Positions 1-11,393 of a stretch of 36,163 nt of DNA are shown here, one piece after another (within the stretch, counting starts at the first letter, position 1; the number at the start of each line of letters is the position of its first letter). Under the pieces are notes generated by a model, which saw only the letters and a program-made list of their open reading frames with translations, ran no database searches and was not told the origin of the DNA. A program made the position numbers and the translations under genes. Origin of the DNA: Neovahlkampfia damariscottae (Eukaryota). The stretch spans positions 1 to 36,163 of the forward strand of contig JABLTG010000182.1 of NCBI GenBank assembly GCA_016618085.1, in the 5' to 3' direction.

Positions 1-127
1 GGTATAATGTTCTGAAACTTCATGTACTTGAACAGAATCTTTTTGAGCAAGATGTTTTAATGTTTGACAAAATTGAAAATGAGACCAATGAAGCATTTTT
101 CTCACTGTTGTACTATGAATTTTTCTT
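1..127. repeat. 127-nt exact direct repeat, copy 1 (copy 2 at 35921-36047)
   Basis: Base-by-base identity from ggtataatgttctgaaac to tatgaatttttctt; the copies diverge at 128 (t) versus 36048 (g). Confidence 0.97.
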
Positions 128-204
128 TCCCATTTTTTAATCATTCCTTTGACTGGAAATTTTGAAATCAAAATTTCATCATTTGAGATCTTTTTCAGTA
201 TTTT
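1..204 (-). mobile_element. tnpB: 5'-truncated Fanzor2/TnpB (IS607-type) fragment running off the left window edge
   Basis: Manual minus-strand translation gives KILKKISNDEILISKFPVKGMIKKWERKIHSTTVRKMLHWSHFQFCQTLKHLAQKDSVQVHEVSEHYT, with an in-frame TAG at 205-207 upstream. ILIxKF..M.K...RKI....R.ML.WSH..F and VxExYT match the RuvC-II region of Fanzor2. Positions 1-127 are identical to 35921-36047. Confidence 0.85.
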
Positions 205-206
205 CT

Positions 207-251
207 AGTTGAACAAAAGGTCTTTTTTGTTCAACTTGAACAACTTCAAGT
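207..251. repeat. Two overlapping inverted repeats next to the truncated Fanzor fragment
   Basis: agttgaacaaaa (207-218) pairs with ttttgttcaact (225-236), a 12-bp stem. acttgaa (234-240) pairs with ttcaagt (245-251), a 7-bp stem with a 4-nt loop. Confidence 0.85.
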
Positions 252-425
252 AAAAATTCTAAAAATAACTGGCAAAATTAAATCTAATTGGCCACTTTTA
301 TCACAATAACCATCAATTCATTAGCCGTTGAAATCACTGCCAATTATTATGAACCAAGTTTTCATTGGCTATTCAGTTTTTATAAATACTCTTTTTTCTT
401 CTCAACTTCAGCAAAAAAAATACTG

Positions 426-2154
426 ATGTCGGCAAATGTACAAAAATCAACAGAAGGTAAAGATCTTGGCGATTATGTCGTGATCAAAAAAAAACTTGGA
501 TCTGGGTCATACGCAGACGTTTATCAAGGATACAAAAAATCGGATAAATCAACTGTTGCCATAAAAGTTGTTTCAAAAAGCAAAATGAATCAAAAATTAA
601 ATAATTATTTGGAACTAGAAATACAAACATTGAAGAAATTGAACCATAGTAGTATAATTAAATTGTTTGAAGTTCAACGGGTAATTTTTATTCATTTTTT
701 TTTAAACACTCAAAAAAGTCTGCAAAACATATTTACTTGATAATGGAATATTGTGCTGGAGGAAATCTTTCTGAGTATATTAGACAAGTAACTAAAGGAC
801 CGTTACCAGAGAAAATGGTTAGTTTGTTTATGTATGAAATTACAAAAGGCTTGAAGCATTTAGATCAACAAAATTTAATTCATCGTGATTTAAAGCCACA
901 AAATATACTGTTGACCAACTTGGATGATCCTCATATTAAAATAGCAGGTTTCATTTTTTTTTTTTTAACCTTCTTTCAGATTTTGGTTTTGCAAGATATT
1001 TACTTGAAAATGATTTAGCTGAAACACAATGTGGTAGTCCTCTTTATATGGCTCCTGAAGTGCTCAAAGGAGAAAAATATAATTCAAAAGCAGACTTATG
1101 GTCACTTGCTGCAATTTTATATGAATGTTTTGTTGGAAAACCACCTTTTAACGCTTTATCTGTTATTCAATTGATAAAAATTATAAAAACAACACAAATT
1201 GATTACTCTAAAGTTCCATCTGAATCTGCTATTGACTTAATGAAAAAGTTATTTGTTTTAGATCCAGATGATCGATTATCTTTTGAAGAATTCTTTTCAC
1301 ATCCTTATATAAGAAGTATTTTTAAAGAAAGAGAACCAAAAAAGCACACAGAAAGAAAAATTTCATCACCAATTTCACCCAGAAGATTTCCAAAAACATC
1401 ACCTTTTAAAATTGAAGAATTGAATGCTCCTCCAGAGGAAGTAGAAAATGTTGAAGATTTTGATAGTGTTGGTGATTTTTTAATTATTGAACCTAAAAAA
1501 CAACCACTCACAAATTTATTGAAAACATCTGAATCTGGTTATGTTATTTACTCAACGATTATTTTTGATTTTTCAAATTCAAAATTTGATGAAAAAAATG
1601 AAGAACAAATGAAAATTATAAATCAAATTGAAAATATTGCACATCAATCTTGGTCAATTGCAGAATTAGCATTGATTTTAGAAAGATCCTCTTCTGATAA
1701 ATCAGAACCACTATCATTGTATATAAAATCATTATTTCATTTATATGATCTTGTAAGATATATTAAACAATCAGTTCCACAAGAATTATTATGTGAAAGA
1801 ATATTACATTTAATGCAATGGTCAGAAAGTTGTTATCATGAATTTTCAGAATACGCATCAAATTTATCACAAAACCTTCCTACAAATTCTTCAATTGAAA
1901 TTTCACCTGAAGAATTAATGTACAAATATGCAATCAAAACAGCAAAAGAAGCAGCATTTACTGAATATTTACAAGATAATCCTGATGTTGATGTATTAAT
2001 CAATTCTTTGAATATGTATAAACGATGTGTATATATTTTTGATTATTTGATCTCAAATAAGAAATTTGAAGATCAAGATAAGAAATGGTTCAAATCATTA
2101 TTGTCTTTGATAAAATCAAGAGTTGAGAAATTTCCATCTGTCAAAAAAGAATAA
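426..2154 (+). CDS. ATG1: Autophagy Ser/Thr kinase ATG1/ULK-like (introns 681-718, 948-979)
   Basis: GSGSYADV, VAIK, HRDLKPQNILL, spliced IADFGFAR and CGSPLYMAPE. The helical C-terminus resembles the ATG1 tandem MIT region. LIR-like DFLII. Confidence 0.85.
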
Positions 2155-2186
2155 AAGTTGTGTTGATTGTTTGATAAATTTGGCCA

Positions 2187-4477
2187 ATGAATTTCAAAAG
2201 AATTTTTCTTCCACCTGTTTCCTCCACGAATTGTAGAATTGAAACTTCATTTGAAAATGAAGAGTCTACAATTATGAGTGTCAACTGTATATCAGATATC
2301 TTGCTTATCATCAAGGATTCAGTTATTTTTGTAAATTCTTTTTTTTTTAATTTTCTTTAAATAGAGAGCATTTCAATTTCGTGAAGAAATTCATAGTCAT
2401 TTATTTATGGAAGAATTTATTATCGTTTTAACACAAAATGGAATAATATTCAAAATTCCTTTTGTCCTTAAAATGAGAGAAGATGAAAATCAAAAAAAAA
2501 AAAGAAAACTAGAAACAACTGAAAAACCACCATATAAAATAGATGAAATTGATGAAACGTTCAAAATACACCAATTCACAAAAGAAAAAATACTTTTTAT
2601 GAAGAAAATCCATCAAAATTTGATTTTCATCACAAATCCAAATCTAGTTCATATTTTCAACTTGGAATCAAAAAAACTAACCCAAAATTTTATCGCTTTA
2701 TCAAATGAAAGTAGAATCACTTGTTGTTCAATCATCAATAATTTGAACGATTTTATTTTTGAAAATATATATGGAAAAGAAGGGTTTGTTTGGTTTGTAT
2801 TAATCATGAAAATTAGTTTGCTTTTGAAAAGAAAATTTGTATTTTTGGGATTTGAAAATGGTGATGTTTATTCATTTTCGTTAAATCAAAATTTCAAATG
2901 TGATGAATTGAATCAAATAATCAATATCAGAGATTCTGTCAAAGTTATTTCAAAATTGAAAGAAAATTTGATAATTTTGGGTGAAAATGGTGTTTTTTTT
3001 CATTTATCAAAGGAGAATGTTGGATCTGATAAATGGATACCTTTGCAGCAAGAATATAAAATTCAAAAAAGAATCAAAAATTCGATTGAGATAAATGTAA
3101 ACTAATTTGTTTTTAATCATTTTTAAAAGGGTGTATTGATATTTTTAGATGTTGAAAATTCCATTTTTTTGGTTGAAACAATCAAAAATTCAACAATTCA
3201 TTTGAATTTTCGTAAAATTCCATTTTCCAATGATGTTTGTTTAATTCAAGAAAATGAAGATTCAGTCAACTCTTTTTGGGTTTTAAATCAACAAGGACAT
3301 CTTATTGATTTTTCTATACCATCTATTGATGATATTGATAAAAATTCAAATGATCTTTTGAGTCTTGATTTAATTCAAAATAAAATCAAAAATTCATTGG
3401 TCCAAATAGACGAAAATACAAAAAATTATGAAAATAAAAAGAAAGAAATTGAAAAATTGAACATTGAAATTTCATCAATGAACTCAATTACTAAATTATT
3501 TGCACAAAAAAAATTCAACTTTTTAAACTGTGAAACAAATCCAAAAGTTGAAAATGAACAAAACAAAATAACCATTAAAATCGAAAATCAAAGTAATTTA
3601 ACAATATCAAATTGGAAAAGTAAATCAAAACAAATAACCTATTCATCGTTTTCTTGAAGTTATTGTGATCATTGAAGGAATACCAAAACATGTAATTTCC
3701 GTCCCATTGAAGTCACTCAAAAGTCAGGAAACAAGGTAAGTATTAATAATATTGAAGTTTAAGTTCATTTAATGTCGGGGTTCAATTTGAAAATCATCAA
3801 AAAAAATTTATCCAGATTTTTGCTTTGTACAAACTTCCAAGTAAGATTTTATGGACAAATTAAAATTTAGATGAAATAATATCATTAAAATTGAAAGAAG
3901 AAACCATAACTTATTTCGACTTTATGAAATTAACGAATGAAGAAAATTCATTCATTTCTCCAAAACTGTCAATCAATGATCACTTTTTTGATTGTTTCAA
4001 GAAAAATTTCGTCAACAAAGATCAAACAATTCAAACATTTAAAATTCCAAGTATCAATGAAAAAGAGTAAATTGATTTATCTAACTTTAACATTTCAGAC
4101 TTTATAATGGTGTTTATAAAAGTATATTGGGAGAATCTATTCAACTGAGATCAATCAATTCATCTTGTTCCTTACAGGGTTATGATTATCAAACGTTATT
4201 GACTGTCAGATCTTCATTGATTTCTAAAGTCAAAAATTTGGAATTCAGTGGAAAGGATGAAAAAATGATTCAATTTTTCAAACATCAAGAGGATAAATTA
4301 AATGAAATACAACATTTACTTTTGGAAATTTTCAATTTTGAAAAAAAAATGAACAACAAAGAAGGTAGATTTGATATTCATTTCCCAACATTTTTCAACA
4401 AAATCAAAAAAAGTGAAGATGAGTTAAAATCGATTCATTTTGAAAATCGAAAATTTTTAGGCTCCAACTTGAAGTGA
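2187..4477 (+). CDS. Multi-exon beta-propeller + coiled-coil + beta-sandwich protein, FAAP100-like (alternative in-frame start 2274)
   Basis: Joins ORFs 2407-3105, 3136-3657, 4127-4477 and small exons through short GT-AG introns. Spliced IYGKEGLLLKRKFVFLGFENG (33-nt intron 2784-2816), IKNSLVQIDE coiled coil and IENQSNLTISNW resemble FAAP100 as recalled. The FANCB/BBS9-type architecture is an alternative. Confidence 0.5.
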
Positions 4478-4557
4478 ATAAAATTTATCCAATCAAATTA
4501 TTTTGAAAATACCCACCAATAATATCCAAACAAGTTTTATTGTCAAAATTAAGTTGA

Positions 4558-5981
4558 ATGTCCACAGAAAATATGACCAAAGAAAAGTTTGACAAGAAGA
4601 ATTATATGATACATTTTGAATCAATCTTTATCAATAAAATAGTCCATGGCTCATTCAGAGATTTTTTAAAAACAGAATACAATCAACAACCATTAGATTT
4701 TCTAATGGAAATTGAAAAATATAAAAAATTAACAAAAGAAAAAGAACAGATAAAAAAAATCCATGAAATTGTTTCAATTTATTTAAATGAAGAGTCAAAA
4801 GAAGAGATTAATATTTCAGGAAAACTTAAACTTGAGCTGTTGGATCAATACAAACCTCAAATTGATGAACATGAAGAATTTAAAATGAATCCAAAAGATT
4901 TCTTCACGCATGTTCAAAAAGTTGTACAAGAAGAGTTGTATTTTGATAGTTGGAAACGATTCGTTCGTTCAAATTTTTGTGATGGGATTGTATATAAATT
5001 TCATGATAATTCAGCAATTTGTTCACCTCAAATGATCAATCAATTTAGTTATCCGGATGACTATTATTCTCATCCTTTCATATTTGACGCTGATATTGAA
5101 TTTGCCAAATTATTAATCAAAGATAATTTTCATTGGGAGGTTTGAAACTCAAAAAAAAATTAATTTTTAAAAAGTTAATAAATAGAGATAAAAATGGTAT
5201 GGGAAATACATTTTGGTCAACTTTGAATTATTTTCCTAATTTTTCCGAATCTGTATCAGGTGTTAAACAAGAATGTATTCTAAAACACTCCTTTGATAAA
5301 GTTTTACTGACTTTTATGTCTGACAAAATGATGACTGATGATATAGATCCAACATTGAAACAAATAAAAACTGTTGAATATTATGATTATGAATCATTGA
5401 AGGAAATATTCAAAGAAAGAGGTTTCGAAAATTCAATTTCAAAATATAAAAGATCTCAAGTTGTCAATCATTCTGATATAGTTTTGGGTCCTTTGATGAC
5501 TCCAAGAATAGTTTCTTTTGGCATTACAGCTCATCAAGATGTCGAAACTGGAAGTGTGTTTTATTTTGGAAAACCTTATGAAAGAGAAAACAGAAAATTC
5601 TTTAAATCTACCAAAATGAACGTTGTAGTAAAAAAAGGAGAAGAACCAAAGAATACGAATGCGATCCCAATGTTTGATTGGTTTTTTTATTATCTTCAAA
5701 AAATAGATGAAAACAAAACTCTATATACTCAAATTCATATGTTTAACATTGGTGGATATTTGTCAAAATTGAAATTTGATTCTTTTGGTAAAATGTTGGT
5801 AAAAGCTCAGGGAGAAAAAGTTGTCAAAAATTTGGAAAAATTGATGAACAAAATTCCAGAAGATGCAAAATTAAGTGATTTCTTGGATGATTTTTCAAAA
5901 TTAGACGAAAATGGTATCCCATTTGATGGAAGTGGTAGATTATTATATGATCTGAATACAATGAATAATTGGTCAAAATGA
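4558..5981 (+). CDS. RGS domain protein with C-terminal START-like domain (intron 5140-5174)
   Basis: RGS motifs FRDFLKTEYNQQPLDF, EINIS and DSWKRF. The C-terminal MTPR...YYLQKIDENKTLYTQIHMFNIGG pattern is START/SRPBCC-like. Confidence 0.7.
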
Positions 5982-6114
5982 ATTTTTATTTTTTAGTTTT
6001 ATTTTACATTTTATTGTCAAAGCAGAAGATCGGATAATTGTGACGATAAAAATGGTATTGTGAATTGATCGATTCAAAACATCATCTGATTTGCCAAGAA
6101 TTCAAAGATCAAAA

Positions 6115-6720
6115 ATGTTTTGCTTGAACAAAAAGAAAGAAAAAAAAAGTACGAATGTACCAACTGCAGCTCATCACGATGACGGAATTTTATCATCATC
6201 TCTAAGATTTGTTTACAAAACTGAATTGTTTTCAGATTATAAAATTATAATAAACTCAAGAACAATTCCTTGTCATAAAGTTATACTGGCTTGTAGAAGT
6301 TCATTTTTCTTGGCTCTTTTTCAATCTCAAATGCAGGATGCAAACAATTCATCAATTCATCTGAAAGATTTCAACGATAAAGCTGTAAAAAAATGTGTTG
6401 AATTTATGTACACAAACTTGTTGGATGATGTGTATTCAAAAGAAGAATTAATTGAATTGATGAATGTTGGAAGTTTCTTGGGTGTTGAAAATATATCTTC
6501 GAGTATCGCAGAGAAATTAAAAACAATATTATCAAATGAAAATGTTTGTGAGATCTTTCAAAAATCATATGAGCACAATAGCGAAAACGTGAAGGATCTT
6601 TGCATCAAATTCATCATTGAAAACTTCAATTTGATTGTAAAATTGGAAGATTTTATTGACTTACCAAAGGAATGTATGAAAAATGTGTTAACTCAATACA
6701 CCAATGGATCAAAAAAATAA
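6115..6720 (+). CDS. BTB/POZ (+BACK-like) domain protein
   Basis: FSDYKII, IPCHKVILACRSSFFLALF, EFMYT, LSNENV and LCIKFIIENF. Confidence 0.9.
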   Translation: MFCLNKKKEKKSTNVPTAAHHDDGILSSSLRFVYKTELFSDYKIIINSRTIPCHKVILACRSSFFLALFQSQMQDANNSSIHLKDFNDKAVKKCVEFMYTNLLDDVYSKEELIELMNVGSFLGVENISSSIAEKLKTILSNENVCEIFQKSYEHNSENVKDLCIKFIIENFNLIVKLEDFIDLPKECMKNVLTQYTNGSKK

Positions 6721-6768
6721 AGTTATTTCAATTTGAACGTTGAAGAAAGACTTGATCTTATTGGTTCA

Positions 6769-7536
6769 ATGTTTGATGAGGGTGGCAAAACTGTGATGTC
6801 TGTGTTGGTAAGTGGATTTATTGGATTTGTTATTTCACTATTCTTCCAAAAAATATCTAAAAAGAAAGAAAAAACAAAGGAAGAAAGAAAAAAAACGAAT
6901 TTCATGATTTCATACACACCAAAACATTGTGAAGAAAAAATGATAAAATTCATCAAAAAATATAACTTTGGACTTATTATTAACCAAGATGTTCAATATA
7001 TCTAATGTTCTCATCTTTCTTTTTATCTAAAAAAGAAATGAAAAAAATTATTTGTATGCATGGTCATGCGGCAAAAGCAAATCCAATTTTCAGATTATTT
7101 GAAAGAAAAAAACCAAATGGAAAAATATTTCAACCTGAAAAAGAAACTCTTATTGTGGTCACTGGGCCTCATATCTACATTTCTCCAAATAACTATTATT
7201 TCACACAACATGATCAAGTGCCAACATGGAATTATACTACAGTTCATTGTTATGTCCACCCAAAGATAATAAAAAATCAAGAATTGAAACTAAAAAAAAT
7301 GAAAAAAATGGTGGATTATGAAGAAATTAAATTTGAGGATCATAAAATTATAATAAATGGAACATTGAAAATGCAAAAGAGGATTATATCAAAAAAATGA
7401 TGGAAAAAATTTTCACATTAAAAAAATGGAAGGGAAATTTAAATTGAGTCAAAATAAATCATTAGAAACCAGAAATAGATTGATAGATATTCTTCAAAAA
7501 ATAAATCCTGAATTATCCAACATTACAAGAGACTGA
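6769..7536 (+). pseudogene. paiB: PaiB-like FMN-binding (split barrel) protein with N-terminal hydrophobic segment, disrupted
   Basis: Motifs YTPKH, CSHLSF, GHAAKANP, GPHIYISP, VPTWNYTTVH and EGKFKLSQNK are spread over different frames. An in-frame TAA at 7003-7005 and frameshifts near 7020-7040 and 7340-7410 have no rescuing GT-AG introns. Confidence 0.75.
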
Positions 7537-7753
7537 TTAACAAAATTCAAATGAATAAGTGAATTCAGATCATATTTTTAATACAGGTTTTCTCAAAAGA
7601 AACTGCATGTTTTTATTCAAAGATAATTTAGGTCAGGTAAAAGAAAGAAATTGAAAGTTAATCAAAAAATATGTTCTTGTTTAGTAAGTTTCAGGTTTGA
7701 TTCCCATGATGCTTTCTTTTCGATGAGGTTCGATTTTTGAAATTGAAATGATT

Positions 7754-8943
7754 TTATTGCAACATTTTCTTTGCAAATTTTTCTTTTAATTCTCTGTATT
7801 CTTCATCCTGAATTTTCATCAATTCATAAGTTTGTGGTGAAAGTTCAACATCGAATAAAATAAAATTACCATGATCAAATAAGCTACCACCTCTCCCTCT
7901 TAATTTTTTCAATTTAATTCTTCTTCTATCATCTTTTGCTTCTTTTGCATCTAATAATTTTCTAAGTGTTGTTTCAAATTCACCAATATAACTTCTTTTA
8001 GTTGTAGTATTCCAATCATAAAATTCAAAAGTCAAAGGATGATCAAAATCACCATTACAAAGATGATTTAAAGGTAATTTGAATTTTCTATAAAGAGGAT
8101 GATTTGTATTTAATTTAGCTTCACTAACATAAACAACATGTTTTGATGGTCTTTTTAAAGTACCTCCGTATTCATATTCTGTTTGTGTTTTTAATTTTCT
8201 TTTGATGATAAAAAAAGGATCTGCTTTTGAAAAGAAATCCATTTTTGGAATATCATCAGCTCCACAACTAATAGATACAGTTTCATCAAGAACAAGTTCG
8301 TTAATATATTCTCCAGTAATAAATATTTCACCAAATTTACTTCCTTCAACGGTAATTGGTAATGTAATTGACAAATCAGATGATTTGATTAAATCATAAA
8401 TATTCCAATCAGCTATTCCAATCAAATCATCGTTTTGTAAATTGTTTCTGTTGAAAAAGATGTTAAATGATTCAAATTATTTTACTTTTCACTATCAATG
8501 TCCATTACAACAAATCTTAAATTTTTGTCCGTGCTTAATTGAGCAAAACCAAAATCATCTAAAACTCTTTCTGGTTGACAAGCATCAACTAAATAGATTA
8601 ATTAGAAACATTCACTTACTATTGAGTAAAATACTTTTTGAAAAAATTGGGTCCAAGTCGTCTTTGACCATTTCTGTTCTTTCCATTTCATGGTAAAGAT
8701 TTGTTTCTTCATCACGAATAAATAAAGTACAAATAGGATCGGATAATGAAAGTAAATCCAAATTTGCCAAGTTACTGTCTTTGTGAATTTTGTTTTTTTT
8801 TCTTACGCACATCTTACAAAAATCCTAATGTATGAAGTTGGTTTTCTTTTTTTAGGTTTCTCAAATGCTTCTTCTTCAATAGTAAAATTACTTTCTGATG
8901 AAGCAAAAAGGTTTTTCAATGATCTAGATGATCCTTTTTTCAT
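7754..8943 (-). CDS. Tandem C2-domain (copine-like) protein lacking a vWA domain
   Basis: Spliced RCANLANLDLLSLSDP, RTEMVKDDLDPIFSK, DIPKMDFFSKADPF, LCNGDFD and FEFYDWN. Three short introns. Start position uncertain. Confidence 0.75.
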
Positions 8944-9092
8944 TGTTTTGACGTTAAAACTGTTTGATTTTTTATTGGTTGTTTTAATTGACGAATGAAC
9001 ATTTAACGACTTGATGCTTGAAAAAGTTTAAAAAAAAATAATAAATTAAATAATAACTTCGAACTGACTGTTTATCAGAATTGACCAATAGA

Positions 9093-9350
9093 ATGGAGAA
9101 AGAACAAGAAAAACAAGTCAACACAATTGAAACTTATTTTTCAAACATTAAAATTGAATTATCATCGAATGATCCATGGAGTACCATAGGAGATGCAAAA
9201 ACACCAATAGAAACAAAAAAACAGAATTTTGAATACGATGATGAAGAATATGACAAACTTGAAAAAGTAGACAACCAAAAAACAGGTAAATATTCTGAAA
9301 GATACAGCGGAAAAAGTACACGAAACAAAGTGAACAAATTAAATTTTTGA
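9093..9350 (+). CDS. Small hypothetical protein
   Basis: 85-aa ATG-started ORF filling an intergenic gap, coding-like composition, preceded by CCAAT; no recognisable domain. Confidence 0.4.
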   Translation: MEKEQEKQVNTIETYFSNIKIELSSNDPWSTIGDAKTPIETKKQNFEYDDEEYDKLEKVDNQKTGKYSERYSGKSTRNKVNKLNF

Positions 9351-9421
9351 AATATTTTCAAACTTTTTTCTCTACATGATTAATATTTATTTCTAATTGG
9401 TTTAAAAAAAAGGCTTTGATT

Positions 9422-10522
9422 TCATGATGATTTTATCACAACATCAGTATAATCATCCATCAAAATAGAATTGAGTAAATTCATTTTAAAATCACCAAAG
9501 GAATCAATCATTTCATAAAAATCATTATAATATTCATCTTCCAATTGATCTCCTGCCACACCACCAAAAATATAAAATTTTAGTTCTTCATTATTTGTAA
9601 TTTTATCACATGAATGCAATCCAATTGGTTTTGGAATATCATTCAATATAAGACATTCCTTCCAAAAATTCGATTTTAAATTGAACAACCAAAGTTCATT
9701 CATTTCAAATTTTCCATCAAATCCACCAAATACATATAATTTATCTTTCCATTCACAACAAGAACAACCTGCTCTTGGTGAAGGAATACGACTTCCTTTT
9801 GGTAATATTTTTGACCAATGATATTGATCATGATTTGAAAGGTTAAACTGATACAAATCATTAAATCGGTCATCTTTTGATCTTCCTCCAAATACAATCA
9901 TCTTATTTTTGTACAAAATTGAACTATGACCTTCACGTTGTGGTATTTGATTTTTTTGTTTGATTTTTTTGAATAATTCATTTTGAAATTCATAAATAAA
10001 AATTTCACTTGATTGTTCTTCATCTTGAAAACCTGTATCTTTACCACCACCATAAACAATCATCCTTTTATTTTAAATTTTCATTTGAACTTACTGGTCT
10101 TCATAAACAATTGAGGTATGCCCAAAAAGTTGTAAACTTTCTCCATTGTATTTTATAAATTCCCATGTCTTTGACATAAAGTTGTATCGATGAAGTTCAG
10201 GTCTTGAGTAATTCATATTTAAAGGAAAAAAGTTTGTAAAAATACCACCAAAAATATAAAGATAATTTTTGTAAATTACAGCTGTATGACCTGCTGTTTG
10301 ACGTGGTAAATCATTTCCTTTTGGTATTTCTTTAATCCAATTTTCTTTTTCAAAGTTATATATAAAAATTTCTCGTTCAGATTCTACAGTTGGTAACTCA
10401 TCCTCTTCATTGTCTTTTCCTCCAAATATGTACATTGAATTATTGTAAATGTTGGAAGTATGTCTGTACCTTTCACTGGGTGAATTTGAATCATTTGATT
10501 TTTTATTTTTGCAGATGAGCAT
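9422..10522 (-). CDS. Kelch-repeat beta-propeller protein (intron 10065-10094)
   Basis: Repeated R.GH...Y...MY(I/V)FGG units, for example PSERYRHT..MYIFGG, PQREGHS..MIVFGG and PSPRAGCS..LYVFGG. Confidence 0.92.
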
Positions 10523-10606
10523 TGTTCAAAATGATTGGTTGTTTTTTTAGTGAAAGATTAAAAAATTTAATTGTTGAAAATGAATTTAAAACTAAAAATA
10601 TGAATT

Positions 10607-11329
10607 TCATTTTGTAATGTTTGCATTGACCAATTCATTGAATTTGAATATTTTTGGAAAACAGCTAAAAACAATTCCATATTGAACATAAACTTTCCCG
10701 TTGATACTCAGTTCGATACTGCCTTTTCTTTTCATTTCATATTCAATTTCGTTTGCAATTTCTGGACCAATTAATTTATTTGAAATCTCGATAGATGTCT
10801 TAAATCCATCATAAGGTGAAAATGTTCTTTGAATAAATTTATTAATCTTTCTTTCTTCTTCAAAAAGTTTGAATTTTTTGTAAAAAATTTCAAGTCGAAA
10901 GTTATCCAGATAAATGTGACCTTTTGATCGAAATAAAACATTATAAGAAACATTGGTTCTCATATTTATCCTATTTGAATCAATTCTTAGAAGTTGTTGA
11001 TTGAATGAATCTTTGTGTATTGAAACATAACTGTTCAAAATAAATATTAAATTTCCATAGATTATCAATAAAGTTACCAATAGAATGATTCCTATTGTAC
11101 AAAATAAATAATAAAAGGTACAAATAGCACCAAATAAACTGATCAAAACTCTAAAAAAAACAGTTAATTTGTGATAATTTCACTTTTGAGTTTTTGTTTT
11201 TTTTTTATGTGAAGGTTTTGGAATTAACTTCTCCAGCAGTTCCGTCGAGAATTCTGATTTATTTGAATACTTGGAGCTGATATCATCATCAACATCTTGT
11301 AACAGCAAATCATCACCGTTTTCATCCAT
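10607..11329 (-). CDS. Single-pass membrane protein, possibly LEA_2/TMEM106-like (one intron near 11152-11183)
   Basis: Acidic N-terminal exon MDENGDDLLLQD..., a hydrophobic helix, then a beta-rich domain; family assignment weak. Confidence 0.45.
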
Positions 11330-11393
11330 TGAATTTTAAAGGATTGCTGATTGGTCAAATATCCGGGAGAAAAGAAAGTTGTTTCAACAAATT

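Noticed and set aside
288..425. N-terminal extension of the kinase ORF from TTG at 288
   Set aside because: Non-ATG start in a eukaryote with promoter-like sequence; ATG 426 is preferred.
6039..6092. Possible C/D snoRNA (GTGACGA ... CTGA)
   Set aside because: Imperfect C box, short span, no convincing terminal stem or recognisable rRNA guide.
7003..7005. Alternative genetic code (TAA read-through) suggested by the in-frame stop in PaiB
   Set aside because: TAA, TAG and TGA all terminate intact genes here, and the same gene has several frameshifts.
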